Shown piece after piece: positions 39,096-49,559 of a stretch of DNA of 64,000 bases. The DNA lies in IMG/VR virus record IMGVR_UViG_3300032240_002285, positions 1-64,000 of that record. The stretch is one strand, 5' to 3'. The position numbers and the translations under genes were made by a program. Numbering within the stretch: the stretch's first letter is position 1; every line of letters starts with the position of its first letter. Source of the stretch: a virus. The notes beneath the pieces were generated by a model, which searched no databases, had not been told where the DNA came from, and saw only the letters and a program-made list of their open reading frames with translations.

Positions 39096-40946
39096 TTACG
39101 AGTTTAGTAACTTATCCAATTCTTTTGAAATTTCTCCTAAAGATTCTTGCCCTTGACCCAAATCTAAGAACGTTGACCCTCTGAAAATGTTGTTTTCCAA
39201 TAGGATATTCATGTTAGCGGTTTTGGATTCTGGAGTTATTTCTGCTTCAGGTCCTGCTGGAGTTTCAGGAGCTGAAGGAGTTGCTTCTTCAGGTGTTGCA
39301 GCAGTTTCAAACTCAGATGCTCCACCACTTGCTGGAGGTGCACCAATTTCTGTTTCACTACCCGCACTAGGTACTGCTGGAGTACCTGAAGCTCCGTTAC
39401 CGTATAATTTATCAATGTTGTCAAATAAACCTGTTTTAGTGATAACTGTTGGAGTGGCTTTAAGTTCTTCTCCGACTGCTCTTTCAATTCTTTGTTGTTG
39501 TAAATCAAGTCTGATTTCTTCATCAGAGAATCCAAAAATATGTTTCTTAGCCCATGTTGAAGAAGTTGGTTGTATACCATTTCCTGGGTCAGATACTAAG
39601 TCTTTATATAATAATACTTTTTCTTTCCAAACATCAATTTTTAATAAATCAGCTTGTGTAGATGGATTTGTAAGGCCTAATGTAAAGTTTTGTAATTCAT
39701 CCTCAAATCCAAGTAAAAATAAGTGAACAATTGCAATTTTATTCAATTCTGCAATCATACTTTTTTGAATTCTATTAATAGTACGAGCAAAACGAATATC
39801 TTGTAATGATAAATTTTTACCATCACCAACAACTTCTTCAAAACCTAAGAATGCTTTAGGGACACGAAGCGCTGTTAATAATTTCTTTTGGATATATTCA
39901 ATATCAGCAATCTCAGAAAGGTTAGTCGCACCAGGTAAAGTTGTAATTGGGTCTGGTGCTGCTGGGTCTCTAACAGGGATAAAGTAATCTTGGTCAACCG
40001 CCATTTGGTTGAATCTCATATCTACGTTACCTGTTTTACTATCAACAACTTGTTCTCTTTTGAATTTATTAGCAACACGGTTTACGTATGCCTCAACATC
40101 ATCGTCATTCATATTACCTACGAATACCTTGAACATTCTTCTTTCAGGTGCTCTTGATGTACGATAAATTAACATTGCATCTTCAGATAGTAATAATTGT
40201 TTCCAAATTCTTCGGGCCTTTTCTAACATAGAAGTACCGTAAGGAAGTTTTCTATCGTCACCTAATAATCTAAAGTGAGCAATTTCCCATGATTGGAACT
40301 CCATGTTTTTGTTTTTCCAAGTAAAGTGTAATGCTTTCTTGTCTTTGTCAGGTTCAGCAGTGATATCTACCGAAATTTTTTGTGTTACACCAACTTCGTG
40401 GCGTTCAATTTCAATAGTTGGTAGTTGTTGACATCCTACAACACCTTTTTCTGGGTCTAATTTTAAATAAACAAAATTGTCACCATACTTACAAGTGTTT
40501 CTTGTCCACATTGGTAAGTTGGTGTTAATATCTAAATTATTGTTGAATAAATCGGCCAACACTGATTTAATTCTTTTTGACTCAGAATAGATTTGAAGAA
40601 TAAATCCATCTTCATTTGTTGTTGTGGATTCTTCAGAATAGATATCTAACGCTGCGGAAATCTCAGGAGTATACTCCATAGATTCATAATCATACTGCGA
40701 AGACAATCTTGATGGTTCATAATAAATTGCTTGAGAGTATAAGTTGTTTTCAACCTTAGACCATTGATTAGATAAATAAAACGATTGTTGAGCTTGTAAT
40801 TTTTCTTTCTCATATTCATCACGATTTGTTGTACGCAAAAGTTCTTTCTTATCAAACTTAAAAGTTGGATAATCTTGCTTTAGTAAAGAATTCGGGCCGA
40901 ACGTTTTAGAAAGCCTCTGCCATACCGTTAAATTATTATCATTCAT
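39096..40946 (-). CDS. gp20: Portal protein (T4 gp20-like)
   Basis: PEISAALD, YGTSMLE, EDAMLIYRTSRAPERRMF, ITTLPG, ALRVP, DIRFARTI. Confidence 0.95.
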   Translation of the reverse strand: MNDNNLTVWQRLSKTFGPNSLLKQDYPTFKFDKKELLRTTNRDEYEKEKLQAQQSFYLSNQWSKVENNLYSQAIYYEPSRLSSQYDYESMEYTPEISAALDIYSEESTTTNEDGFILQIYSESKRIKSVLADLFNNNLDINTNLPMWTRNTCKYGDNFVYLKLDPEKGVVGCQQLPTIEIERHEVGVTQKISVDITAEPDKDKKALHFTWKNKNMEFQSWEIAHFRLLGDDRKLPYGTSMLEKARRIWKQLLLSEDAMLIYRTSRAPERRMFKVFVGNMNDDDVEAYVNRVANKFKREQVVDSKTGNVDMRFNQMAVDQDYFIPVRDPAAPDPITTLPGATNLSEIADIEYIQKKLLTALRVPKAFLGFEEVVGDGKNLSLQDIRFARTINRIQKSMIAELNKIAIVHLFLLGFEDELQNFTLGLTNPSTQADLLKIDVWKEKVLLYKDLVSDPGNGIQPTSSTWAKKHIFGFSDEEIRLDLQQQRIERAVGEELKATPTVITKTGLFDNIDKLYGNGASGTPAVPSAGSETEIGAPPASGGASEFETAATPEEATPSAPETPAGPEAEITPESKTANMNILLENNIFRGSTFLDLGQGQESLGEISKELDKLLNS

Positions 40947-40983
40947 AATACAATTTTACTTAAAACCTTGAAATTATAAATAG

Positions 40984-42744
40984 TTATCTAGCGCCAAATA
41001 ACCATCCATATTTCTGGTAATCCTCTTTTGAAGAACTCCGATTATGCCCCGCACTGTCTCTACCCATTTGAGGAACCATCGGATTAAAGAACTCAGAAGC
41101 GTTTTTATTTTCATTAACCGCAGTTGACCAAGAGTTAATCATCGCTTTAGTATGGTTAGTTACTTTTTCTAATGACTGAAATGATTTCTCCGCGACATAA
41201 ATTGCCATTGACAATCCCATAATGCAATCATCATGGTGTCCTTTTTGGTGGTCTGGTCTACCATTAATGTATACAAACGTGTTCATTTCATTATAAGTTC
41301 TATTTGAATAGATTCTAAATCCATGTCTACAGGCCTCCTCAAGAGCCGATATAATTTGAACCCTTTTTGCATTAAAGTTAATTCCAGGGATTTTATCATT
41401 AATTTTCGGGTCGTATTTCCATTTATTACTTGTATCAACACCATCAATATAAAAACCTCCTTGATATGATAACTCTTGTAATTTTCTTGCTGTTGCAACA
41501 CCCATACCACCTGTTAAATCAACTACACAATAGGCGTTATACATTGTACCCCATTTGTAAGCAATTTCGGCTAAAACATCTGGTGGTACTTTTCCCACGT
41601 ACTCCAATGCCTGTTCTCTTTCGTCAAAGTCAATAATCTGAATAGATGAAAAGTCCTCAGAGTCTCCCCTTGAAACGTCAACACCCATTACGTACTTATG
41701 ACCATTAACGGGCTCTTTGAATATCCATAGTCCACTACCCATTAATTTTGCTTGGGGTTCTCTAAGTTGATTTTTGGCAATGTTTTGCATTAATTCAGAA
41801 TCAAATACGTTATCACCTGAACCCAAGAAATTACATTCTAATTCTTGTGCTACTTTACGTCTATCGTATTTTAATTTTTTAACCATACCCTCAAACCAAG
41901 CAGAACATGGTTTGTATCCATCCTCAATGTACTTTGTTACTATAGAATGGTCTCTGTCATATGGATTGTCCATAGATAAATCTACTACAACATCTTTAGG
42001 ATAATCTTCTCTATTTAATAGATAGTGAACTAAATCCTTGGTTTTAACCATATACAAGTCTTTTGTATAACGAGGGTCACGATGCCAATACATTTCAGAG
42101 ATTTTGAAATCATTCATTCCTCTTAACGCTTGGTCATAAATTTCGTAATAAATTGCATCATAACCATTTGGTGTAGATACTACAATTACTTTACCACCTG
42201 TAGATAGTGAGGCCATACAAGCCGACCAAAAATCACTATCGGCCTCAATAAATGCTGCCTCGTCAAATATAAGAATTGTTGGAGTATAACCACGTAGTGC
42301 GTCTTTTGAAGTTGCAACCGCTTTAACTTCACAATTATTATTTAGTTTGAAGTGTCTTTGTGAGTTTTTCTCTTGTGAGAATCCAATACCTACCCATGAT
42401 GGCCATTGTTCTACAAACCCTCTAACTTTATTTGCCATCTCCATTGACGTATCAAGTTTGTTGGCAATTATTAGAATTTTTTCAGGTTTGGTTTTTTTAG
42501 CAAAGGCTAATTTTTTGGACGCCCAAGCGGCCGTTACTGTTGAAACTCCCGCCTGTCTGTACTTTAAGGCAATGTTTTCATTGTAATTGTCGTAATCTTC
42601 TATTAAAGATATTTGGTCTGGGAAAAGGTCTAATGGAACATACTTTGAAACTGTGTTATCGTATGTCTGTAGATAAGTACGAAGTGCGTAAGGTGTATTC
42701 CTCATGCACTTCGTAACTTCAATTATTAGTTGTTCTTTATTCAC
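40984..42744 (-). CDS. gp17: Terminase large subunit (T4 gp17-like)
   Basis: KYRQAGVST, IFDEAAF, STPNG, GVDVSRG, HDDCIM. Confidence 0.95.
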   Translation of the reverse strand: MNKEQLIIEVTKCMRNTPYALRTYLQTYDNTVSKYVPLDLFPDQISLIEDYDNYNENIALKYRQAGVSTVTAAWASKKLAFAKKTKPEKILIIANKLDTSMEMANKVRGFVEQWPSWVGIGFSQEKNSQRHFKLNNNCEVKAVATSKDALRGYTPTILIFDEAAFIEADSDFWSACMASLSTGGKVIVVSTPNGYDAIYYEIYDQALRGMNDFKISEMYWHRDPRYTKDLYMVKTKDLVHYLLNREDYPKDVVVDLSMDNPYDRDHSIVTKYIEDGYKPCSAWFEGMVKKLKYDRRKVAQELECNFLGSGDNVFDSELMQNIAKNQLREPQAKLMGSGLWIFKEPVNGHKYVMGVDVSRGDSEDFSSIQIIDFDEREQALEYVGKVPPDVLAEIAYKWGTMYNAYCVVDLTGGMGVATARKLQELSYQGGFYIDGVDTSNKWKYDPKINDKIPGINFNAKRVQIISALEEACRHGFRIYSNRTYNEMNTFVYINGRPDHQKGHHDDCIMGLSMAIYVAEKSFQSLEKVTNHTKAMINSWSTAVNENKNASEFFNPMVPQMGRDSAGHNRSSSKEDYQKYGWLFGAR

Positions 42745-42752
42745 TAATTGAA

Positions 42753-44066
42753 TTATTTAGGTCTTGATATACCTAAACTACCTAAGAAATCATCTAAATC
42801 GTCATCATTGTCATCATCTCCAAAATCATTAGAACTTGAAAAATCAGAAGAATCATTATCTTCTTTATATTCATCAAACTCATTTTTCATTTGAATAGCT
42901 TCTCTCATAATTTCTTCAAATCTTGATGTAGCTTTTTTAACTTTTGATTCGTCTTCAGAAATAGCGTTTCCAATAATATTTAAGAATTCTTGGGCAGGTA
43001 CTTGGTATAACAAAATGTGAAACCAGTTTATTAGACCTTTGTTTGAATCTTCAAACATTTGGTCAGGTAAAGCATGTCTTAATTTTTCGGCGATTTCAGG
43101 TCCGATTCTCAATTGCATTGGTTCATTTGGTAATATATCAACAGCTCCTTTTACTCTATCACGCATTGTATCAGATGTAGGTAAACCGTGTCTGCCTTTT
43201 GATTCCTCAATACCTTTGATAATCTCATGACAAAGAATTGGGAAAATCATTCCTTGAGCTTTAATTACAGTATCTGCATCATTCTCTTCTTCTTCAAAAT
43301 CATCATTTTCATCCTCGTCATCGTCAGGGTCTAATTCTACTTTACCCGCAACACCGTTACCTGTTTGACTCATCATTTCAATCATTTGTTCCATTGTAAA
43401 ATACAAGAAATCGTTGATTGCCATAATACCTAAATAAGCAGGATATAATCTTGGGTCAATTTTGTTTAATTTTTCTCTGATATCAGGTTTTTGAAAAACA
43501 TAGTGTCCTTTTTTCGCAGCCCCTTGAATGATGGCATTGATAATATTTCTTTTATGTTTTTCTAACTCAAATTCTTCCTCGTCTGTCAGTTCATCAACAT
43601 CAAAAGATGGAATTTGTAATTTTGGTTCTTTTGGTTCTTTTTCTTTTTTTGGTTTGTATTGGAAATTTGAAGTATCAATCCCTCCTCCTAATATTGCCTT
43701 AATTTTCACCCATCCTTCAGGTGTTTGAGTTTCTTCTAATGATGCTTCTTTTGCAAGTTGTTCTAGTTCCTCTTTGTGTCTTGCCTCAATTTGCATAATC
43801 ATTGGCATTTTGGACATCATTTCGTTATAAACCATCTCTTGAACTTGTCTAGAACTAAGATTTTCAATACCTGTTACTTCTCTTAATTTATCGGCAACTT
43901 TTTGAAATCTCTGACTTACTAATCTTTGTACGTCAGCAGGACCTTTTTTCATTGCAGGATTTGACCCGTAAAGACTTTCAGGACTTGCTAGTTTTCTTTC
44001 CAAGTTCGAGTCCATCCTTTCGGGTGTGTTACCATAATCTAATTGTTCTCTAACATTCTTAGCCAT
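42753..44066 (-). CDS. Hypothetical head-module protein with acidic tracts
   Basis: 437-aa ORF in the operon with TerL. Confidence 0.75.
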   Translation of the reverse strand: MAKNVREQLDYGNTPERMDSNLERKLASPESLYGSNPAMKKGPADVQRLVSQRFQKVADKLREVTGIENLSSRQVQEMVYNEMMSKMPMIMQIEARHKEELEQLAKEASLEETQTPEGWVKIKAILGGGIDTSNFQYKPKKEKEPKEPKLQIPSFDVDELTDEEEFELEKHKRNIINAIIQGAAKKGHYVFQKPDIREKLNKIDPRLYPAYLGIMAINDFLYFTMEQMIEMMSQTGNGVAGKVELDPDDDEDENDDFEEEENDADTVIKAQGMIFPILCHEIIKGIEESKGRHGLPTSDTMRDRVKGAVDILPNEPMQLRIGPEIAEKLRHALPDQMFEDSNKGLINWFHILLYQVPAQEFLNIIGNAISEDESKVKKATSRFEEIMREAIQMKNEFDEYKEDNDSSDFSSSNDFGDDDNDDDLDDFLGSLGISRPK

Positions 44067-44068
44067 AA

Positions 44069-44806
44069 TTATTTTTTTAAAATGTCCATAATAGTATCAA
44101 TAACTTTATCCTTAGCAATCTCAGGACTTATTTTCTTAGCCTTAGGATTTGGTTTTTCACCAGGGTGTGGGTTTTTCATTGGATGTGAAGGCCTTGTTCT
44201 AGGCTTAACATCAGGTTTAGTTCTGACAGGAGCCGTTTTAGTGTCTCCTCCCTCAGAAAGATATTTTAATAACTCACCTTTAGTCATTTTTGGTTGTATG
44301 TGTTTTTCCACGAGCTTAGATATTTCATTTTCTAAGAACAAAGATAGTGGATTTTTTCCTTCCGACAATTGTTTTTTTACAGATTGTACACATCTCTCAA
44401 ATTTTCTTGTTTTTTTAGGTCCAACTTGTGCGTGGCATATTGCCCATGGATTTGGTTGACCTGGCTTTAAGTCTGCTTCGCTTTCAAACATACCCATACC
44501 GTCATCTTCAGTTTCGAATCCGTCATCTGATGATGGACCTACTTGTTTCGGGTCTTGAGTTTCAGTTTCTTTATTTGGGTCAACTGTAACTTCTTCTTCC
44601 TCGTCAAGTTCTTTTTCATAAACTTGGAAAGGTTTCTTTTCATTTTTTAACTTGGTAATTGTTGCAGTATCTGTTTTTGAAACATTTATTTGTTCCACAA
44701 CTAATTTCTTGTGTAGAATGTCAATTTGTGATTCAGTTAATTTTGAAACAGTTTTTGAAGATAAACCGTTTTCTATGAGTTCAAGAGCTTTTTTATTAAT
44801 TTTCAT
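44069..44806 (-). CDS. Hypothetical protein with a KLTESQ motif
   Basis: 245 aa; KLTESQIDILHKKLVVE, NPWAIC...FERCV. Confidence 0.75.
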   Translation of the reverse strand: MKINKKALELIENGLSSKTVSKLTESQIDILHKKLVVEQINVSKTDTATITKLKNEKKPFQVYEKELDEEEEVTVDPNKETETQDPKQVGPSSDDGFETEDDGMGMFESEADLKPGQPNPWAICHAQVGPKKTRKFERCVQSVKKQLSEGKNPLSLFLENEISKLVEKHIQPKMTKGELLKYLSEGGDTKTAPVRTKPDVKPRTRPSHPMKNPHPGEKPNPKAKKISPEIAKDKVIDTIMDILKK

Positions 44807-45194
44807 ATACTACTTTTTGTTCAAATTCTAAAATCAAATCTCTTTCATAGAGTTTGTCTTTTATTTCTTTTTCGGTATTACCATATCGGAATACCAATCT
44901 TTTTTGGCCATTTTGGTCATCTTCTTCCCAAGCTAAAGCAACAACATCATCAATTGCATCTACCATAGAAAAAAAATCGGAGTTCTGAATCAATTCCAAT
45001 TTTATATTAGTATTTCTCAGAACTCCAACTTTTTTAATGTATTGTAGTTCAGGTGGTGTTGGGTAACTGTTTGATGGTTTGTTATCCCATCCGTCACCCC
45101 ACACATCTTCTAAACTATCAGAAAAAATAAACTCGTAAAGATTGTCTCCCTTATAATTAGGTCCTAAACCGTTTACGTAAGTTAAATAACTCAT
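44796..45194 (-). CDS. Hypothetical protein
   Basis: 132-aa ORF overlapping both neighbours. Confidence 0.75.
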   Translation of the reverse strand: MSYLTYVNGLGPNYKGDNLYEFIFSDSLEDVWGDGWDNKPSNSYPTPPELQYIKKVGVLRNTNIKLELIQNSDFFSMVDAIDDVVALAWEEDDQNGQKRLVFRYGNTEKEIKDKLYERDLILEFEQKVVYEN

Positions 45195-46711
45195 AATATA
45201 TTACCCTCTGGTGAAATCTTAACTTGTCCACCTTTGTTTTCAAATACTAAATTTTTCTTATTTGTAATTCCTACAAATTTAGAGTTAGAGTTTTCTTGTA
45301 AAAATTTCTTAGCAGCCATTTCTTGTTCGAATGTCTCAGTCATTGTTACAACTGTTTCCATAACTTTTTTAACTTGTAAGTTTTTTTGAGCTTTCTTTTC
45401 TTTGCTTTCTAAAATTTCTTTTTTTGAAGTTTCAAAATATTTTGAAATTACTTTGTCTACTTTAGATTCTCCGAATATACTATCTAAAATTGCCCCATTG
45501 TCAGATTTTTTAGCAGTTCTAACTTTGAATGGTTTACCATGTTTTTCTTTATACATGTTAAAGATTTTATTACCTAATTCCCCTTTACCAAACCATCCAT
45601 GTTTTCCACCATATTTTTTTTCAAGTGATGGAAAATCTTCAAATTCTTCTTCATCATAATCAGAAAAAACATCTCCATGACTTTGAGCGTCTACGTCATC
45701 AAACCAACCATGTTCATCATCAAATGAACCAATCATTTTTGGTTTACGAGTTGGTACGTGCCAGTTAGAGCCTTTCCCAAAGTTTCCTTCTTTTTCAGAA
45801 TCAGACATATCAGATTCATCATCAGCAGCATTGAAGTAAAAATCTTCATCTACTTCACCTTCTACAGGTAAATCCATATCTGCTTGGATATCTTCTACTT
45901 CACTGTCGTCAGTTAAGTCTTCTCCACCCATGTCGTCACCACCTAAATCAACGCTATCTTTGTCAAATTTGTTTACGATATCTTCCTTATCTTCTTCTGA
46001 TAATTCTTTTAAGTTTAATGAAGATAACACCATGTTAATAACATACTTGATGTCTTCAGAAGTCATTCCTTCATTGTTATCCAGAACTCTAATTTTTTGT
46101 GTAAGTTTTCCAGTTAATTTTTGAATAGTTTTAAATGTAACTTGTTCGTCATCGTCTTCTTTCTCAGTTGCATCAATGTCAACATCTACATCAACATCAT
46201 CCACCTCAGGTGCCAACTCGTCACCCATACCCATTTCATCTCCCATTGGTGATGCAGGCAATTCAGGTGATGGTACTGCTGGAGGTGCTGCAGGTAATTC
46301 AGCAGCTGGTGCTGGTGCTTCAACCGCTGGCTTTGGAGTTTTTAATGTAAATTTCTTTTGTTCACCATATAATGAAACACCTTCTTCATTTTCATTAATC
46401 CTATTCAATTCTCCTGCAACTAAATTTAATCTTTTTAATGCTTGAGAGTATGAAGAATAGTATTTTCTATTTTTCATTGGTTCAATGTAATCTGTCTCAG
46501 ATTCAGAAATAGTTTTCTTGATGATATATCCTTGTCTTTCTCTAACAATTTGATAGTTGTTACCATCAGCCAAAGAAACTGAAAACTCAGACTTTGAAGT
46601 TTCATTAATAGGTTGTGGAAGAGTTTCGTTGAAACGAGCGATTTCCATGATTCTATTTATCTTATCTTGGCCCTGTAACTTTTCACTTCCAATTGGTTTT
46701 AAATTTGCCAT
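45191..46711 (-). CDS. Acidic prohead-core-like protein
   Basis: 506 aa; QDKINRIMEIA leader; P/A and D/E tracts. Confidence 0.7.
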   Translation of the reverse strand: MANLKPIGSEKLQGQDKINRIMEIARFNETLPQPINETSKSEFSVSLADGNNYQIVRERQGYIIKKTISESETDYIEPMKNRKYYSSYSQALKRLNLVAGELNRINENEEGVSLYGEQKKFTLKTPKPAVEAPAPAAELPAAPPAVPSPELPASPMGDEMGMGDELAPEVDDVDVDVDIDATEKEDDDEQVTFKTIQKLTGKLTQKIRVLDNNEGMTSEDIKYVINMVLSSLNLKELSEEDKEDIVNKFDKDSVDLGGDDMGGEDLTDDSEVEDIQADMDLPVEGEVDEDFYFNAADDESDMSDSEKEGNFGKGSNWHVPTRKPKMIGSFDDEHGWFDDVDAQSHGDVFSDYDEEEFEDFPSLEKKYGGKHGWFGKGELGNKIFNMYKEKHGKPFKVRTAKKSDNGAILDSIFGESKVDKVISKYFETSKKEILESKEKKAQKNLQVKKVMETVVTMTETFEQEMAAKKFLQENSNSKFVGITNKKNLVFENKGGQVKISPEGNIL

Positions 46712-46733
46712 ATCTTGTATTATTTATTTGTTT

Positions 46734-47519
46734 TTAATTGTTTAATCCGTTGAATCCACCTAAGGCAACCGCATTTAATTGTATTAATTCTTGTGTACCG
46801 TCATTATTGGTATATACAGGGTAAGGTACTGTATTCATTGGTGGGGCTACATATGTTCCACCACTAAAACTACCTAACATATCAATTGTATATTGATATT
46901 GTGGATTCACACCTAATGGTTGATTTTGTAATAATGCATAATTGGCTGCAATTTCTTGTGCGGTTAATGCACCTCTATACAAATTTAAAGTATTAATTTG
47001 TCCATTAAATGCTCCTTCGTAGTTAGCAACTGAAAAAATTGTATTAGCAGAAATTATACAAGTTTTTGCACTAGTTGCATCTAATACACCATTTATATAA
47101 ATTTTTGAGGTTGTACCATCGTTTGTTGCAACAAGGTAAACCCATCCTGTATCATTTGCAGGAGTATTTGAAAACATTGATTGTCCTGCGGCAGTTTCCC
47201 ATCTTACATCACCATCACGTAATTGTAGATTTAAATAATTTCCTCCTCCATTATATGAAAAAATTCCTTGTACTCCTGTAACACTATTGAATTTAAAATA
47301 AGTCTCAAGAGTGGCACCTGTAACACCACCTGTTCTAAAATTAGTTAATACTGTTGCTGATGTACCAGAACTTGTACTTCCGTTGAAGCTTAACTCAGGA
47401 ATTGGATATTGATTTTGTGTTACATTTGATAATGTAATATTATAACCATTACCAGATTCATCGTTCCACGTACTTGAAGTAGCATCTGACGCATTAAGCT
47501 TAAGTATAATCGTTGCCAT
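46734..47519 (-). CDS. LamG-domain virion decoration/fibre protein
   Basis: WNDESGNGYN, FNG, WVYLVATNDG..KIYINGVL, YRGALTAQEIAANY; late motif at 47533-47540. Confidence 0.8.
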   Translation of the reverse strand: MATIILKLNASDATSSTWNDESGNGYNITLSNVTQNQYPIPELSFNGSTSSGTSATVLTNFRTGGVTGATLETYFKFNSVTGVQGIFSYNGGGNYLNLQLRDGDVRWETAAGQSMFSNTPANDTGWVYLVATNDGTTSKIYINGVLDATSAKTCIISANTIFSVANYEGAFNGQINTLNLYRGALTAQEIAANYALLQNQPLGVNPQYQYTIDMLGSFSGGTYVAPPMNTVPYPVYTNNDGTQELIQLNAVALGGFNGLNN

Positions 47520-47563
47520 CTATTTTTTTCTTTATAAATATATGATTAGTAGGAATAATTTAA

Positions 47564-48289
47564 TTATTCAGTTATAGTTCTTTCAATTGAAAGTTCTTTA
47601 TCTACCTCTTTGTTTGCGGTATCAAATAATTTTTGAATGTGTCCTGACCTTCTTAGGAATTTAAAAACTAAATTTTCATAAGATAATTCACCATCAGTTT
47701 CTAATCCAGACTTCCTATAATCTTTTAATTTAGTTTTGATTTTTTCTAAATCTTTTTCCTCTTCAATTGCCGAATCAATTTTTTCAGTCCAATTTTTTAT
47801 CTTTTTTTCCAATATTTTTTTGTCAACATTGTTCTTGAATTTTTCGGGTTCACTAACCCATTCGTTATTCATTACTGAATAAACTCCTGAACTATAGTGT
47901 TCTTCTTCAACATCTTGGGCATACAATTCAACATCATATCCATAAATTCTAATATTATGTTTGTCGTTGAATACTTGTTTTTTTAAATTGAACAACTCTT
48001 TATATAACTCCGCATCATTTTCATATTGTTGTAAATCAACAAGAACATGTAAATCAAAATCAGAAAACTCCGACCAATTATAATTTGCCAAAGAACCAGT
48101 CAAAACAATATCCTCAACGAAAACGTCTTCACCCAAATATTCTATAAATTTTTCCGCAATGCGTAAAAGAGTTTCCCTAACCTTGGGTATCATGACCGCT
48201 TTATCAGGGTTTTCAGGATTTTCCCATACTTTTGGATTTAAAGTTTCTTTAACAGAAAAACTATCAAGAATTTTTTGGAAATTACTCAT
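47564..48289 (-). CDS. Pol-beta superfamily nucleotidyltransferase
   Basis: DIVLTGSLANYNWSEFSDFDLHV (hG[GS]...DxD); late motif at 48294-48301. Confidence 0.85.
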   Translation of the reverse strand: MSNFQKILDSFSVKETLNPKVWENPENPDKAVMIPKVRETLLRIAEKFIEYLGEDVFVEDIVLTGSLANYNWSEFSDFDLHVLVDLQQYENDAELYKELFNLKKQVFNDKHNIRIYGYDVELYAQDVEEEHYSSGVYSVMNNEWVSEPEKFKNNVDKKILEKKIKNWTEKIDSAIEEEKDLEKIKTKLKDYRKSGLETDGELSYENLVFKFLRRSGHIQKLFDTANKEVDKELSIERTITE

Positions 48290-48310
48290 ACATTATAAAT
48301 AGTACAAATA

Positions 48311-48553
48311 CTATACTTTTTTGTATGAATATTTTTTTGATATTTCTGCAATGAAGAATTTACCTTGTGATTCGGCCTTTCTGAATTGTGTGTAGACATT
48401 ATGAGGTACGTCACTGTACTCATATTTTAATCCATTATTGAACTCAGTAACTAACTTTTTTGTTTCAACGTCGTACTCTGTTCTCTTAATGTTTGACGAT
48501 TTAATTTCATTCAAAATCTTCGTCCCCTTGATTTCCTCCTTCGTGATACCCAT
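48311..48553 (-). CDS. KTSC-domain protein
   Basis: SSNIKRTEYD...LVTEFNNG..YEYSDVP..VY..F..AESQGKFF. Confidence 0.9.
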   Translation of the reverse strand: MGITKEEIKGTKILNEIKSSNIKRTEYDVETKKLVTEFNNGLKYEYSDVPHNVYTQFRKAESQGKFFIAEISKKYSYKKV

Positions 48554-48845
48554 TTTCGCTTAGTGGTGTTAACTCGTTAATTTTTTGTAGTAGTGGTTTA
48601 ATATACTCTTGTAATTCCGCTCTACTAACTTCAAAACCATAAGCATTAACTTGATTTAATAAAGCGTTCATGGAACTTTGAAATCTTTTTTGTAACATAA
48701 ACATTCCATTAGTATATGTTGGTGGGTCAACTAAATTGGCTTCACTAAATCCTATTTCTTGAAAATGTTTTCTTAACTCAAGATAAATCTCGAGTAATTC
48801 TTTTGTTCCCAAACTATCGTTTAAAAATTTTTCAAATGGTTTCAT
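48507..48845 (-). CDS. Hypothetical late protein
   Basis: 112 aa; late motif at 48849-48856. Confidence 0.7.
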   Translation of the reverse strand: MKPFEKFLNDSLGTKELLEIYLELRKHFQEIGFSEANLVDPPTYTNGMFMLQKRFQSSMNALLNQVNAYGFEVSRAELQEYIKPLLQKINELTPLSENGYHEGGNQGDEDFE

Positions 48846-48857
48846 GAATATAAATAC

Positions 48858-48882
48858 AAAACCCCCACCAAATGGTGAGGGT
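48858..48882 (-). terminator. Intrinsic terminator, copy 1 of an exact 25-bp direct repeat
   Basis: ACCCTCACCA-TT-TGGTGGGGGT-TTT on the - strand. Confidence 0.85.
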
Positions 48883-48897
48883 TATACTTTTAACTTA

Positions 48898-49494
48898 TTA
48901 CTTTTTTTGTTTTATTTCGTTTAGTATATTCACAGGGATAATTGTTCCTACTGAATACGTTGACCCTTCAGGCGCTTGTGTTACTGATGTTTCACCAGAT
49001 TTAACACTGACCGCTCTACGTAATGGAATTGCCGCTTCGTTAAGTGGACCATAACATTCAGCTAGTTCAGTACCATTAACTGATTTAATAACCTTACACG
49101 GCATACAGAACATATTGCTCATTTGAGTTGTTGGTTCGTCACCAATTACAAATGTACGACTTACTGTAGGTGAAGTTTCCCAAGTTGGAGCTTGTGGTAC
49201 TTCATCATAATACCAAAAGAATGACCATACAGTATTTTCTGTACCATCAGGTGATTCAGATGGGTTCGGAACCAATTTAAGATTTGCAATTGATGGTCCA
49301 TTCATTACAGGGCATATAGAACGCCCTTCTTGGAATTTCTTACCTTGTACTGTAATCATCTTACCTGTAGGAACCGCGCCTGAAGCTCCACAAAATGCAA
49401 ACTTACCTTTATAAATGTTCAATGCCTTTTCAATTTTTTTTTCACGTTTGTTAAGACCCAAAAAAGTTAAAATGTTTGATAATATTTTTTTCAT
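48898..49494 (-). CDS. Hypothetical Cys-containing protein
   Basis: 198 aa; late motif at 49508-49515. Confidence 0.7.
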   Translation of the reverse strand: MKKILSNILTFLGLNKREKKIEKALNIYKGKFAFCGASGAVPTGKMITVQGKKFQEGRSICPVMNGPSIANLKLVPNPSESPDGTENTVWSFFWYYDEVPQAPTWETSPTVSRTFVIGDEPTTQMSNMFCMPCKVIKSVNGTELAECYGPLNEAAIPLRRAVSVKSGETSVTQAPEGSTYSVGTIIPVNILNEIKQKK

Positions 49495-49527
49495 AATTTT
49501 GTTTTATTATAAATATCTTTGTAATTA

Positions 49528-49552
49528 AAAACCCCCACCAAATGGTGAGGGT
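49528..49552 (-). terminator. Intrinsic terminator, copy 2 of the exact 25-bp direct repeat
   Basis: Identical to 48858-48882. Confidence 0.85.
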
Positions 49553-49559
49553 CTGTAAA

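Noticed and set aside
39187-39726. 179-aa plus-strand ORF and similar antisense ORFs (44043-44459, 46176-46445, 35871-36104)
   Set aside because: Shadows of low-complexity regions in the portal and core proteins
32848-42744. Introns, inteins or homing endonucleases in capsid, portal or TerL
   Set aside because: The ORFs are continuous and of ordinary length, with no intein or LAGLIDADG/HNH motifs seen
47564-48289. CBASS cyclase or MNT-HEPN toxin-antitoxin system
   Set aside because: No effector, Cap or HEPN gene is adjacent; kept only as an unassigned NTase
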